Below are positions 31,997-41,533 of a DNA stretch of 64,000 nucleotides, piece after piece. The stretch spans positions 2,054,553 to 2,118,552 of the forward strand of contig OZ244998.1 in assembly GCA_965223475.1 (NCBI GenBank). Reading direction: 5' to 3'. The first letter of the stretch is position 1, and each line of letters begins with the position of its first letter. A model generated the notes under the pieces. That model was not told the origin of the DNA. It saw nothing but the letters and a program-made list of their open reading frames with translations, and did not search any database. Source of the stretch: Halioglobus sp. (GTDB lineage Bacteria; Pseudomonadota; Gammaproteobacteria; Pseudomonadales; Halieaceae). The translations under genes were made by a program, and so were the position numbers.

Positions 31997-32072
31997 TTCT
32001 TTCTCCAGCGTCAGTTGATGACCTGGAGTTAAAGTAACAAAGACGCTACCCGCCCTGTATCCCTAGAATTAG

Positions 32073-32108
32073 GAAAGCCGGCCCCGCTTCGAGTCAAAGC
32101 GGGCGGGC
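32073..32108 (-). terminator. Probable terminator hairpin downstream of rnpB
   Basis: CCCGCTT-CGAGTCA-AAGCGGG stem with GC-rich flanks, followed on the minus strand by TTTCCT. Confidence 0.5.
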
Positions 32109-32141
32109 GCTGGGTCCCACCCACAACGACCAGAGAAAAAA

Positions 32142-32538
32142 GTGAGTCGGTCGATAAGCCGGGTTCTGTCGTGGACGATCATTCATCTGCGACAGGTATC
32201 GCTACCTGCCTGAAGCGACCTACCCGAATCCACCGCGGGCCGCGGATCATGGATTCCTATTTGGTCTTGCTCCGAGTGGGGTTTACCATCGCCGCGCCTG
32301 TTACCAGCCGCGCGGTGCGCTCTTACCGCACCTTTTCACCCTTACCACGCGCCAAGCGCATGGCGGTATCCTTTCTGCTGCACTTTCCGTAGGCTCGCGC
32401 CTCCCAGGCGTTACCTGGCACTCTGCCCTGTGGAGCCCGGACTTTCCTCCCCCGACCGCTCACTACTGCGCAGTGCAAACATCGTCCGGATTGACCACGT
32501 AGAAGTGAGTGATCGAAGGCGATCGCCTGACCAACTCG
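32142..32538 (-). ncRNA. rnpB: RNase P RNA (bacterial type A)
   Basis: Minus strand: GAGTTGGTC...GATCGCC, GAGGAAAGTCCGGGCTCCA, GCCAGGTAACGCCTGG, GGTAAACCCC, AGAACCCGGCTTATCGACCGACTC; P1 ends pair; position next to rsmI. Confidence 0.97.
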
Positions 32539-32587
32539 CGCACAGCGTACCGGGACGCGGGTTTGCCGGCAAGTCATCCGCTGCGAA

Positions 32588-33421
32588 TTATTGAGAAAGC
32601 GAAACTAAATACTCGTAAAGCACTTTTTTCCGCAAGCCAGTGACATCGGCGATTACTGCAGCGGCTTTTTTCGCCGGGAGTTCGTCGGCAAGGCGCTCCA
32701 AAAGTGCTCGTGTTGTCGCATCGAACTCACTCACGGTCTCGGTATTACCAGCTAGCACCAGCACGATCTCGCCTTTGCGCTGGTTGTTATCGTCAGCGAC
32801 GAAGCCAAGTAGCGCTGCGAGTGTGTCACGACGTATGGTCTCAAAGGTTTTGGTTAATTCGCGCGCTAGGCAGGCTTCGCGTTCGCCGCCCATAATCTCT
32901 GTCATCGCTTTCAGCGTCGCTTCGATGCGGTGCGGGGCTTCGTAGAAGATCATAGTGCTTGGCTCTTCTTTCAAAGCCTCGAGTTGGCGACGGCGGGCCT
33001 GCTGTTTCGCCGCCAAGAAACCGCAAAAGAGAAAGCGATCCGTGGGCAAGCCAGCGGCACTTAAAGCGGTGATGGCCGAGCAGGGGCCGGGAATGGGAAT
33101 GACCGAGTGCCCGGCTTCTTGCACGTGGCGAACAAGACGGTATCCGGGGTCGGAGACCAAGGGCGTACCGGCGTCGCTGATCAAAGCGACACTGGCGCCA
33201 GAGGCCAACCTGCAATCAATGCGACGCAGCGCCCTACCGTCACTGTGATCGTGGTAGGCGGCCGTCGGCGTTGCTATATCAAAGTGTTCGAGCAGGCGCT
33301 TGGCGTGTCGAGTGTCTTCTGCCGCAATTAAATCCACAGCGCGCAGCACCTCCACAGCCCGCTGTGACATATCACCGAAGTTACCCATCGGGGTAGCGAC
33401 AATATAGAGCCCAGAGCGCAC
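32588..33421 (-). CDS. rsmI: 16S rRNA 2'-O-methyltransferase RsmI
   Basis: LYIVATPMGN, AAEDTR, SDAGTPLVSDPG, FYEAPHR, ARELTK.FE. Confidence 0.97.
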   Translation of the reverse strand: MRSGLYIVATPMGNFGDMSQRAVEVLRAVDLIAAEDTRHAKRLLEHFDIATPTAAYHDHSDGRALRRIDCRLASGASVALISDAGTPLVSDPGYRLVRHVQEAGHSVIPIPGPCSAITALSAAGLPTDRFLFCGFLAAKQQARRRQLEALKEEPSTMIFYEAPHRIEATLKAMTEIMGGEREACLARELTKTFETIRRDTLAALLGFVADDNNQRKGEIVLVLAGNTETVSEFDATTRALLERLADELPAKKAAAVIADVTGLRKKVLYEYLVSLSQ

Positions 33422-33554
33422 GTTTTACCCCTATAATGCCCGCCTAACATCGCTCCTTTGCGATCGATGCTAAGATCAATGCGCAAGCGTATGCGTTGCC
33501 ATGCAAAGCGCTTCCCAGCAGCGACTAAAAACAGAAGCCCAAAAAAACTAACCC

Positions 33555-35423
33555 GTGAAGCATACCATGACATCAATCACCTACCCGCGACACACACGGC
33601 TAGCGACCTGGATCTGTCTTGCGCTAGCAACGCTACTCGTTGGTTGTGGGGGAGGCGTTCGCCAAGCCACCAACCAACCAACACCCGTGGAGACGGTCGA
33701 CCCCACCCCCGTGCAGCCACAGTTTTTATCGCTGGCACTGCCACCAAGCATCCACGAAGATACTTTTCGCAAAGCCGAAGAGGCGCTGGCGCATGGCGAT
33801 TGGATGACCGCCGACACCACGTTGACGCCGCTGGCCAGCCAACCGCTGGACACCGACGAGGCGGCCTACCTCAATTACTTACGTGCACGCGGCGACTATT
33901 TGCGCGGCGAGCAGAAAGCCGCGATGGCACGCCTGCAAACAGTCCCCATGACGCGACTGCACCCGGCGCTGAGCTACCGCATTTTGAGCTTTTTGCACCA
34001 CATGCTGGAATTGGAACGCAGTTACTTAGCTGCGGCGCAACATGCCCACCGCGTATTGCAACTCGGGGCACTCGAAAACGCAGCGGATTGGCGACGCAGT
34101 TTGTGGCGAGATTTACAGCGTACCGAAGTGCCGCGGGTCAATCGGGAAGAAATCGGCAGTTCCAGTGCAGCAGAACGCGCGAGTATAAAATCTGAACGGC
34201 AAAGAGCTGAATATGAATGGCAGGGCTGGCTTTCGCTAGCCAGAATCAGCCGCAATTCCGGCTATAGCCGCCAATTAGCGCTGCAAGAGTGGCGCGAGCA
34301 ACACCCGGAACATCCCGCCGCTCACCCCCTTCCCGGTGGCTTAGAGTATTTGCTCAGCGCTCCCCCGTGGTCAAAGGTAGCCCTGATGTTGCCGCTGACA
34401 GGCCGCCTGGCACCCGCGGGTAAGGCCTTGCTCGATGGGTATTTGGCAGCGTATTACGAGGCCGCAGCGAGTGGCGGTGCGCCCTGGGAACTACTGGTGC
34501 TAGATACCGAGCAATTTGAAGATGCGAACAGTGCCTATGATCAAGCCGTCCAGCGCGGCGCGAACATCGCTCTCGGGCCGCTCGCTAAAGACGGTGTGGC
34601 GGAGCTCGCCACCCGCTTGCAGCGCCCCATACCAACGCTTGCTCTCAACCGCATCGGCGAGCTGCCGCCAGCGGATGGCAGCGCCCTCGTGCAATTGGCA
34701 CTGGCGTCGGAAGATGAGGGCAAACAGCTAGCGGAACTCGCTTTCGGCAACGGTTATCGACGCGGTATTGTGCTGCATCCAGATAGCGATTGGGGCAAGA
34801 AAGTAGCGCAAGCATTAACTGAGCGCTGGCAAAACCTAGGCGCGAAGATGGCGAGCAGCGGGGTCTACAGCGGTCAAACCGATTACTCCCAGCACCTGCA
34901 GGCAGCACTGGGCTTAACGGCGAGCGAAGCGCGCGCGCGCAGCTTGCGCTCGCGCATCAATGCGCCGGTAGAATTCAAGCCGCGTCGGCGCAACGATTTC
35001 GACGTCATCTTTCTGCTGGCGCGCAATGCACAAGAAGCGCGATCGATCAAGCCACTACTGGCCTTCCACTACGCCGGTGACGTTCCCGTCTATGCCATTT
35101 CCAGCGCCTACAACGGCATCCCCAGCACTCGCGATCGCGATCTGGCGGGCATGCGCCTGCTGGAAACACCTTGGGTTTTGGGTGCAAACCCTGGCCTACG
35201 CGTAGCGATCACCACCGGCGCCACCGCATCGGGCAACTACCCACGGCTCAACGCCCTGGGTGCAGATGCGTTTTTATTGCAGTCCGAGTTTGCACGCCTT
35301 CAGGGTGGCCCCGATGCTTTGCTACGCGGCAATACGGGCCTTCTGAGCATGGACCCTCAGTTACGCATACGGCGAGAATTACTACCGGCCAAATTTGATG
35401 GCGGCGTCGTCAAAGCGCAATAG
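33555..35423 (+). CDS. lpoA: PBP1A activator lipoprotein LpoA (LppC family)
   Basis: Lipobox LLVGC, ALMLPLTG, GPLAKD, RLNALGADA, GNTGLLSM; divergent from rsmI. Confidence 0.9.
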   Translation: MKHTMTSITYPRHTRLATWICLALATLLVGCGGGVRQATNQPTPVETVDPTPVQPQFLSLALPPSIHEDTFRKAEEALAHGDWMTADTTLTPLASQPLDTDEAAYLNYLRARGDYLRGEQKAAMARLQTVPMTRLHPALSYRILSFLHHMLELERSYLAAAQHAHRVLQLGALENAADWRRSLWRDLQRTEVPRVNREEIGSSSAAERASIKSERQRAEYEWQGWLSLARISRNSGYSRQLALQEWREQHPEHPAAHPLPGGLEYLLSAPPWSKVALMLPLTGRLAPAGKALLDGYLAAYYEAAASGGAPWELLVLDTEQFEDANSAYDQAVQRGANIALGPLAKDGVAELATRLQRPIPTLALNRIGELPPADGSALVQLALASEDEGKQLAELAFGNGYRRGIVLHPDSDWGKKVAQALTERWQNLGAKMASSGVYSGQTDYSQHLQAALGLTASEARARSLRSRINAPVEFKPRRRNDFDVIFLLARNAQEARSIKPLLAFHYAGDVPVYAISSAYNGIPSTRDRDLAGMRLLETPWVLGANPGLRVAITTGATASGNYPRLNALGADAFLLQSEFARLQGGPDALLRGNTGLLSMDPQLRIRRELLPAKFDGGVVKAQ

Positions 35424-35464
35424 CTAGACTAGTAAGCCTTCAACCATGACTGGACGCATCTCGT

Positions 35465-35869
35465 TTGAACTCTCTGGGCAGCGAATTTGAACGGCTTGCC
35501 GCAGAACGGGTGCTAGCCGAGGGGCTCATCCTGGTCGCGCAGAATTTTCAGGCCAAGACTGGCGAGATCGACTTAGTCGCACTGGATAACCTCAACTCGC
35601 CAGGCCCTGTTGATGCCGTTAGCGCCGCAAGCGGCAAACAACTCGTATTTATCGAAGTACGAGCGAGGCGCAACCCGCGATTCGCGAGCGCGGCGGCGAC
35701 AGTGGACAAGCGCAAGCAAGCGCGGCTGATTCGCACGGCACACTACTTCTTGCAAACCCAGCGGCAATACACGAACTTACCGTGCCGGTTTGACGTCATT
35801 ACCTTTGAACCGCGACAATCGCCAAATGACTACCATTTGAGCTGGATTCGCAGCGCCTTTACCGCCTGA
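35465..35869 (+). CDS. yraN: YraN (UPF0102) nuclease-fold protein with internal insertion
   Basis: GEIDLV, LVFIEVR.R, K..RL..TA, CRFDV; TTG start. Confidence 0.88.
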   Translation: MNSLGSEFERLAAERVLAEGLILVAQNFQAKTGEIDLVALDNLNSPGPVDAVSAASGKQLVFIEVRARRNPRFASAAATVDKRKQARLIRTAHYFLQTQRQYTNLPCRFDVITFEPRQSPNDYHLSWIRSAFTA

Positions 35870-35926
35870 TCGGGGGCAGCGCATAACTCAGAGATCACCT
35901 AATTGAGAGTTCGCACAACTAGTGAT

Positions 35927-36520
35927 ATGGATTACTACTCGCTCATCGCCACACATTTTCAAGATACGATTGAATCCATTGCCCTGTCAGTGGATGACTT
36001 CGCCGGACCACTAGAGGCCAGCGGCCAGCGCATGTCGAACGCGCTGCTGGGCGACGGCAAAATTATCGCCTGTGGCAGTGGCGCAGATGGCGCAGTGGCG
36101 CAACTGTTCAGCGCTGCCCTGCTCTGCGGCTACCACAGTGAACGCCCAGCCCTGCCGGCTATCGCGCTGGGTTGCGACGCCACGACAGCGGGCGCCATCG
36201 CACAAACCTTCGGGCCGGAACACACGCTGGCCAGGCAGGTGCGCGCCCTGGGGCAGCCCGGTGACATATTGCTTTGCATTAACAGCACTGCGGGAACTGA
36301 CGATCTACTGCGCGCTATCGAGAGCGCTCAAGAACGGAACATGATCGTGGTGTTGTTGTCGAACAGCAATGATCAACGCCTCCTGAGTACTTTGCGCGCC
36401 GACGACATCGGCCTCCTAGTACCGGCGCTACATCAGGGGCGGATTATCGAGATACACTGCATGGTCGTCCACTGCTTATGTGAACTCATTGAGCATGCGA
36501 TATTTGGCGATTCGAACTAG
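35927..36520 (+). CDS. SIS-domain protein, GmhA/DiaA-like, catalytic motifs degenerate
   Basis: ERPALPAIAL, RQVRALGQPGD, HCLCELI; position between yraN and BON gene; NGGS replaced by SGAD. Confidence 0.85.
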   Translation: MDYYSLIATHFQDTIESIALSVDDFAGPLEASGQRMSNALLGDGKIIACGSGADGAVAQLFSAALLCGYHSERPALPAIALGCDATTAGAIAQTFGPEHTLARQVRALGQPGDILLCINSTAGTDDLLRAIESAQERNMIVVLLSNSNDQRLLSTLRADDIGLLVPALHQGRIIEIHCMVVHCLCELIEHAIFGDSN

Positions 36521-36552
36521 GGCACCTGACACCAGCCACTTTGGAGAAGTAC

Positions 36553-37125
36553 ATGAGCAAGCTGTTTCCCATCCTGCTACTGGCCCTCGCCCTGCCCTTG
36601 TCTGGTTGCGGCTCGCTGCTCGCAACCATGCAGGTCGATACGATTGAAGAACACCACGGTTCGCGCACCATTGGACAACTCATTGAAGACGAGAACATTG
36701 AAACCAAGGCGACAGTGAATATTCATGCTGCCAACGAGGCGTTTCACGGCGCACATGTCATTGTGGTTAGCTACAACGGGTATGTCCTACTCGCCGGACA
36801 AGTTAATAGTGAGGCCCTTAAAGAACAGGCCACCAAGGTTGTGCGCGATGTGCGCGGCGTGCGCAGAATCTACAACGAGCTCGAGATCGCCGCACCCAGT
36901 GCAGCCATCACCCGCACCAGCGATGCCTGGATTACCACCAAGGTTAAATCCTACTTGTTGGCTAACCGTGATATTCAGGGTTCTCGCGTCAAAGTCCTAA
37001 CGGAAAATGGTGTCGTCTATCTCATGGGTTTGGCAACCCAGGCAGAAGCACAGCGCATAGCCGATCAGGCGGCAGGTTTGGGGGGAGTACAAAAAGTCGT
37101 GCGGCTGTTCGAACTCATCGACTAA
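36553..37125 (+). CDS. dolP: Dual-BON-domain lipoprotein DolP/YraP
   Basis: Lipobox LSGC, VLLAGQV, DAWITTKVK, ENGVVYLMG. Confidence 0.9.
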   Translation: MSKLFPILLLALALPLSGCGSLLATMQVDTIEEHHGSRTIGQLIEDENIETKATVNIHAANEAFHGAHVIVVSYNGYVLLAGQVNSEALKEQATKVVRDVRGVRRIYNELEIAAPSAAITRTSDAWITTKVKSYLLANRDIQGSRVKVLTENGVVYLMGLATQAEAQRIADQAAGLGGVQKVVRLFELID

Positions 37126-37137
37126 TGCCTTCAGTCG

Positions 37138-37524
37138 CTACCTGACGATCTTCAGCGCAGGCTTCTTTTCTTGTTTCTTGGGCTCGGGGGGCGGCTCATC
37201 CGGGGGTGGTGAGACTTCCTCGGGGTCAAACACCATGCCTTGACCATTCTCGCGCGCGTAGATACCAGCGATCGCCGCAATCGGCACGTACACATCTTCC
37301 GCGACACCACCGAAACGGCCATTAAATGCGACAGCCTCGTTGCTAATGGTTAAATCCACCACCGCGTCGGGTGAAATATTGAGAACGATCTGGTCATCTT
37401 TAACATACTTGCGCGGCACCAGGACATCGATCAGCGAAGCATCGACAAGAATGTACGGGGTGCAACCGTTATCCACTATCCACTCGTAGAGTGCACGAAC
37501 AATATAGGGACGACTGGAATTCAC
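37138..37524 (-). CDS. sspB: ClpXP adaptor SspB
   Basis: SSRPYIVRALYEWIVDNGCTPY, IYARENGQGMVF, C-terminal PALKIVR. Confidence 0.96.
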   Translation of the reverse strand: MNSSRPYIVRALYEWIVDNGCTPYILVDASLIDVLVPRKYVKDDQIVLNISPDAVVDLTISNEAVAFNGRFGGVAEDVYVPIAAIAGIYARENGQGMVFDPEEVSPPPDEPPPEPKKQEKKPALKIVR

Positions 37525-37564
37525 GGATGCGGGCGAGTAACGATAGATTCAGGAAGACGCACCC

Positions 37565-38197
37565 TTATAGGCGCATTTCCCGCTCTTGTTCGGTCAGGCT
37601 CTCCTGAAAAGAGTCCCGATTAAACAGCATGTCCATGTAAGCTTGCAGCGGCTTGGATTGCTTACTGGGGCGAATGTCTACACCCAGCGACGGCAGACGC
37701 CACAAGATGGGAGCGATACAACAATCGACTAAGGTGAACTCTTCGCTCATAAAGAACGGCTTTTCTGCAAAGATGGGGGCGATCCCCAACACGCTTTCTC
37801 GCAGTTCTTTGGTGGATTTCTTGATCACGTTTTCGCTGCGCGTGTGCAATATGGAGTCCACCAAGGTACACCAGTCTCGCTCGATGCGGTGAATGAACAA
37901 ACGGCTCTCGGCGCGTGCCACGGGGTAAACCGGCAGTAGTGGCGGATGTGGGAAGCGCTCGTCTAAGTACTCCATCATTACTTTAGATTCATACAACACC
38001 AAGTCGCGATCAACCAGCGTCGGCAGCGAGTTGTACGGGTTGAGATCGGCCAGCTCCGCGGGAGGGTGCGATGCGTTGACTTCCACCATGTCGACGGTAA
38101 CACCTTTCTCAGCTAATACGATACGCACTCGGTGACTATAGTGACTCGTGTTATCCGAGAAAAAAGTCATAGACGACCGTTTTGCCACAACACCCAT
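37565..38197 (-). CDS. sspA: Stringent starvation protein A
   Basis: SHRVRIVLAEKG, NPYNSLPTLVDRDL, EYLDERFPHPPL. Confidence 0.96.
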   Translation of the reverse strand: MGVVAKRSSMTFFSDNTSHYSHRVRIVLAEKGVTVDMVEVNASHPPAELADLNPYNSLPTLVDRDLVLYESKVMMEYLDERFPHPPLLPVYPVARAESRLFIHRIERDWCTLVDSILHTRSENVIKKSTKELRESVLGIAPIFAEKPFFMSEEFTLVDCCIAPILWRLPSLGVDIRPSKQSKPLQAYMDMLFNRDSFQESLTEQEREMRL

Positions 38198-38271
38198 GGG
38201 GATTCCTCAATTAATTCGCTTAAAGGACAACACTGTGCCGAACGATGCAGCGCGGCTACACTTGTGTTGTG

Positions 38272-40269
38272 TCAGTGTACGTCTTTCCAGTACTCCCGGT
38301 TGAGCAACCAGGCAAATAGTGTGAACAGGGCGATGAATAACAGTGTATAGGTGCCGATACGGCGGCGATCTTCCACCATCGGCTCAGCCACGTAGGCCAT
38401 AAAATTAACGAGATCATACATCGCGCCATCGAACTCTTCGGCGCTCATCTCACCGGGAGACACCGCATCAACTGCTTTACAACCACCTTTGTCATCACGC
38501 GCAACGCAGGCTTGCATACCCTGGAGTTCCAACAGTACATGGGGCATGCCGACATCTTTAAATACCAAATTATTGACGCCGTAGGGGCGCTTATCGTCTG
38601 CGTAAAAAGTGCGCAAGTACGTTTTTATCCAATCGGGGCCTTTACGCCGCGTCCACAGCGACAAATCCGGTGGTGCGGCACCGAACCAAACCTTGGCCTG
38701 ACCTTCGTCCATCGCGTTTTCCATCAGGGCGCCAATTTTAACGCCCGGATCAAACATCAAGTTTGCTTCAAATAGGTCTTCTGGAATGCCCAAGTCTTCG
38801 GCCACGCGGTTGTACCGGGTGTATTGCAAAGCGTGGCAGCCCATACAGTAGTTCATGTACAGCTTCGCCCCGTGTTGCAATGATGCCTTATCGCTGGGGT
38901 CGGCATGAAATTCATCGCAATCAATGGCACCGCAGGCGTGAGCAGATTCCGCTGCCACCACTTTTAGCGGCAGCACCGCCAGGGCAAGAATCAGCAATAG
39001 CGCACCCATGGATTTCCAAAAACCGATACCGCCGTCCATGGTGACGCGCTCCGGTTCCGGCTTGGTGGAATCCATCTTGCTCCAGATGGGCATGAGTAAA
39101 AAGAACGCGAAATAAATAATGGAGCACACTCGCGCCAAGGCAGTGCGGTTATCGTTGGGTGCCCACACACCGAGAACCCCAAGGATCAGGAAGGAGGAAC
39201 AAAACAGCACCAACATGACCTTGGTGATGTTGCCGCGATAGCGCCAGGATTTAACGGGGCTGCGATCAAGCCAAGGCAACAGAAAGGGAATCGCTACCGA
39301 CAGCGCAAAGAAGACAAAGCCCCAGAATTTGTCTGGTACGGCACGCAGGATGGAGTAGTAGGGCGTGAAATACCAAACCGGAGCAATATGCTCGGGCGTC
39401 TTCAAATTGTTCGCTTCTTCGAAGTTGGCATATTCGAGGAAGTAACCGCCCATCTCCGGCATAAAGAAGATAACGCCACAGAAGATGAACAAAAATACCC
39501 CGACCGCTGTTAAGTCGTGCACGGTGTAATACGGGTGGAAGGCAACGCCATCCAGCGGAATGCCGTCTTCACCCTTGGTTTTCTTAATTTCAATACCATC
39601 GGGGTTGTTCGAACCCACCTCGTGCAGGGCGAGCAAATGCAAAACCACTAGCGCCAGTAAAATAATCGGCAGCGCTACCACGTGAAGGGCAAAGAAACGG
39701 TTGAGCGTGATCCCCGAAATCAAATAGTCGCCGCGTATCCAGGTAACGATATCCTCGCCGACAACCGGAATCGCGCCGAATAGGGAGATAATCACCTGCG
39801 CACCCCAGTAGGACATCTGGCCCCAGGGCAAGACATAGCCGGCAAAGGCCTCTGCCATGAGCACGACAAAAATGAGCATGCCGAAAATCCAGATCAGCTC
39901 GCGCGGCTTTCTGTACGAGCCATACAGCAAAGCGCGGAACATATGCAGGTAGACCACTAAAAAGAAGGCGGAGGCACCGGTTGAATGCATGTAGCGCAGC
40001 AACCAACCGAAATCCACATCGCGCATGATGTATTCAACCGACGCGAACGCACCCTCCTGGCTGGGCGCATAACTCATTGTTAACCACACGCCAGTGAGGA
40101 GTTGATTGACCAGCACCAGCAGCGACAAAACGCCAAAGAAGTACCAGAAGTTGAAGTTCTTGGGCGCGTAGTACTTGCCCATATGGGTGTCCCAGGCGCG
40201 CATGATGGGCAGGCGCGCGTCCACCCAATCGCGGAGTCCAACCAGTGTTTTCAACATAAAATCAATCAT
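38272..40269 (-). CDS. petB: Cytochrome b-cytochrome c1 fusion (PetB+PetC in one ORF)
   Basis: Cyt b motifs (LRYMHSTGAS, LPWGQMSYWG, PEHIAPVWYF) in frame with a signal-peptide-like linker and c1 (YCMGCH, VGMPHVL, C-terminal TM, YWKDVH). Confidence 0.95.
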   Translation of the reverse strand: MIDFMLKTLVGLRDWVDARLPIMRAWDTHMGKYYAPKNFNFWYFFGVLSLLVLVNQLLTGVWLTMSYAPSQEGAFASVEYIMRDVDFGWLLRYMHSTGASAFFLVVYLHMFRALLYGSYRKPRELIWIFGMLIFVVLMAEAFAGYVLPWGQMSYWGAQVIISLFGAIPVVGEDIVTWIRGDYLISGITLNRFFALHVVALPIILLALVVLHLLALHEVGSNNPDGIEIKKTKGEDGIPLDGVAFHPYYTVHDLTAVGVFLFIFCGVIFFMPEMGGYFLEYANFEEANNLKTPEHIAPVWYFTPYYSILRAVPDKFWGFVFFALSVAIPFLLPWLDRSPVKSWRYRGNITKVMLVLFCSSFLILGVLGVWAPNDNRTALARVCSIIYFAFFLLMPIWSKMDSTKPEPERVTMDGGIGFWKSMGALLLILALAVLPLKVVAAESAHACGAIDCDEFHADPSDKASLQHGAKLYMNYCMGCHALQYTRYNRVAEDLGIPEDLFEANLMFDPGVKIGALMENAMDEGQAKVWFGAAPPDLSLWTRRKGPDWIKTYLRTFYADDKRPYGVNNLVFKDVGMPHVLLELQGMQACVARDDKGGCKAVDAVSPGEMSAEEFDGAMYDLVNFMAYVAEPMVEDRRRIGTYTLLFIALFTLFAWLLNREYWKDVH

Positions 40270-40862
40270 GAGGTAGCCTCCGCATCCACACCGATTACCA
40301 GAACTTTGTCGTCCTCGTAGGAATAGGGCGGCACTATCAAGTTGTCTGAAGCTGGGGCGCCGGTGTAGACGCGCCCCGATAAGTCAAACATAGAGCCGTG
40401 GCAGGGGCAGAAAAATCCCCCGACCCAGTCTTTGGTGAACTCCGTCGCACCGACTTCCGGGCGAAATTTGGGGGCACAGCCCAGATGCGTGCACAGCCCA
40501 ACAATGACCAGGTACTCGGGGCGCAGCGCGCGGCCTTCGCCGGTGATATAGTCCGGCTGGTCGGCGCTTAGCGACTCGGGGTCTTTCAGATCATCGGTCA
40601 AAGCGCTTAAACCCGCCAATTGCTCGGGTGTCCGGTGCAGGACATAGACTGGCTTGCCCCGCCATTCCACTGAAATCATTTGGCCGGGCTCGATTTTACT
40701 GATATCGGCTTTAACCGGGGCACCCGCGGCTTTAGCTTTGGCGGAAGGCTGCCAAGATTTGACGAAGGGTGTGAGAATTCCGACGGCTCCCGCCGCACCT
40801 ACCGCGCTGGTCGCCACCGTGAGAAATGTTCTGCGGCCCCTGTTTACGCCCTCATTACTCAT
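40266..40862 (-). CDS. petA: Rieske iron-sulfur subunit of bc1 complex
   Basis: Tat-like RRTFL anchor, CTHLGC, CPCHGS. Confidence 0.97.
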   Translation of the reverse strand: MSNEGVNRGRRTFLTVATSAVGAAGAVGILTPFVKSWQPSAKAKAAGAPVKADISKIEPGQMISVEWRGKPVYVLHRTPEQLAGLSALTDDLKDPESLSADQPDYITGEGRALRPEYLVIVGLCTHLGCAPKFRPEVGATEFTKDWVGGFFCPCHGSMFDLSGRVYTGAPASDNLIVPPYSYEDDKVLVIGVDAEATS

Positions 40863-40937
40863 GTTTTTCTCCCTAGACTACAAACCCCAAGTAGGCCATG
40901 CGAGAAGGCCAAAACCAAGGCTTTAAAAAAGGTGCAA

Positions 40938-40966
40938 ATGGTAAAGACTTTGCCCCCTGTATACAA
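40938..40966 (-). promoter_or_regulatory. Putative sigma-70 promoter of pet operon
   Basis: Minus strand TTGTAT-N17-TACCAT about 75 bp upstream of petA. Confidence 0.55.
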
Positions 40967-41058
40967 GGAAAACACCTTGATTCTACTACGCTTTTTGCTC
41001 GTCATGACCTGTGACAATAACCCCAACAGGTTCTATTTTTGCACGCCAAACAGCCGGT

Positions 41059-41092
41059 AAAAAAAACGCCCGGAATGCAGTGCACCCGGGCG
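41059..41092 (-). terminator. Rho-independent terminator of rplM-rpsI
   Basis: CGCCCGG...CCGGGCG stem followed by T8 on minus strand. Confidence 0.85.
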
Positions 41093-41128
41093 CTATTTGA
41101 GACAAACAACCCCGCAGGGGATAAGCTA

Positions 41129-41521
41129 TTAGCGCTTGGAGAACTGCGGGCGCTTGCGTGCTTTGCGCAGGCCCACTTTCTTGCGCTCCACTTCCCGGGC
41201 GTCGCGGGTGACAAAACCGGCACCGCGCAGGGTGCCGCGTAGCGATTCATCATAATCGAGTAAAGCGCGCGTAATGCCGTGGCGAATCGCGCCGGCTTGC
41301 CCAAAGCTGCCGCCGCCGGCAACCGCTACCTTGATATCGAATTTGTCATTTAATTCAACAAGTTCCAGCGGCTGTCGCACAATCATGCGGGCCACTTCGC
41401 GGCCGAAGTATTCATCCAAAGGCCGCTTGTTCACGGTGATGTTACCGCCGCCATCGGTGAGATACACCCGGGCTGTAGAGGTCTTGCGACGACCGGTACC
41501 ATAGTATTGAGTTGCTGGCAT
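41129..41521 (-). CDS. rpsI: 30S ribosomal protein S9
   Basis: [34 protein letters not shown]. Confidence 0.99.
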   Translation of the reverse strand: MPATQYYGTGRRKTSTARVYLTDGGGNITVNKRPLDEYFGREVARMIVRQPLELVELNDKFDIKVAVAGGGSFGQAGAIRHGITRALLDYDESLRGTLRGAGFVTRDAREVERKKVGLRKARKRPQFSKR

Positions 41522-41533
41522 AAATCGATTCCG

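Noticed and set aside
28700-32160. Genomic island integrated at the rnpB 3' end
   Set aside because: No duplicated rnpB 3' sequence on the mraZ side and no integrase.
32171-32577. ORFs at 32171-32392 (+) and 32323-32577 (-)
   Set aside because: They overlap rnpB, which explains the sequence.
35421-35436. Stacked stop codons after lpoA (TAG CTA GAC TAG TAA)
   Set aside because: Too short to distinguish from chance.
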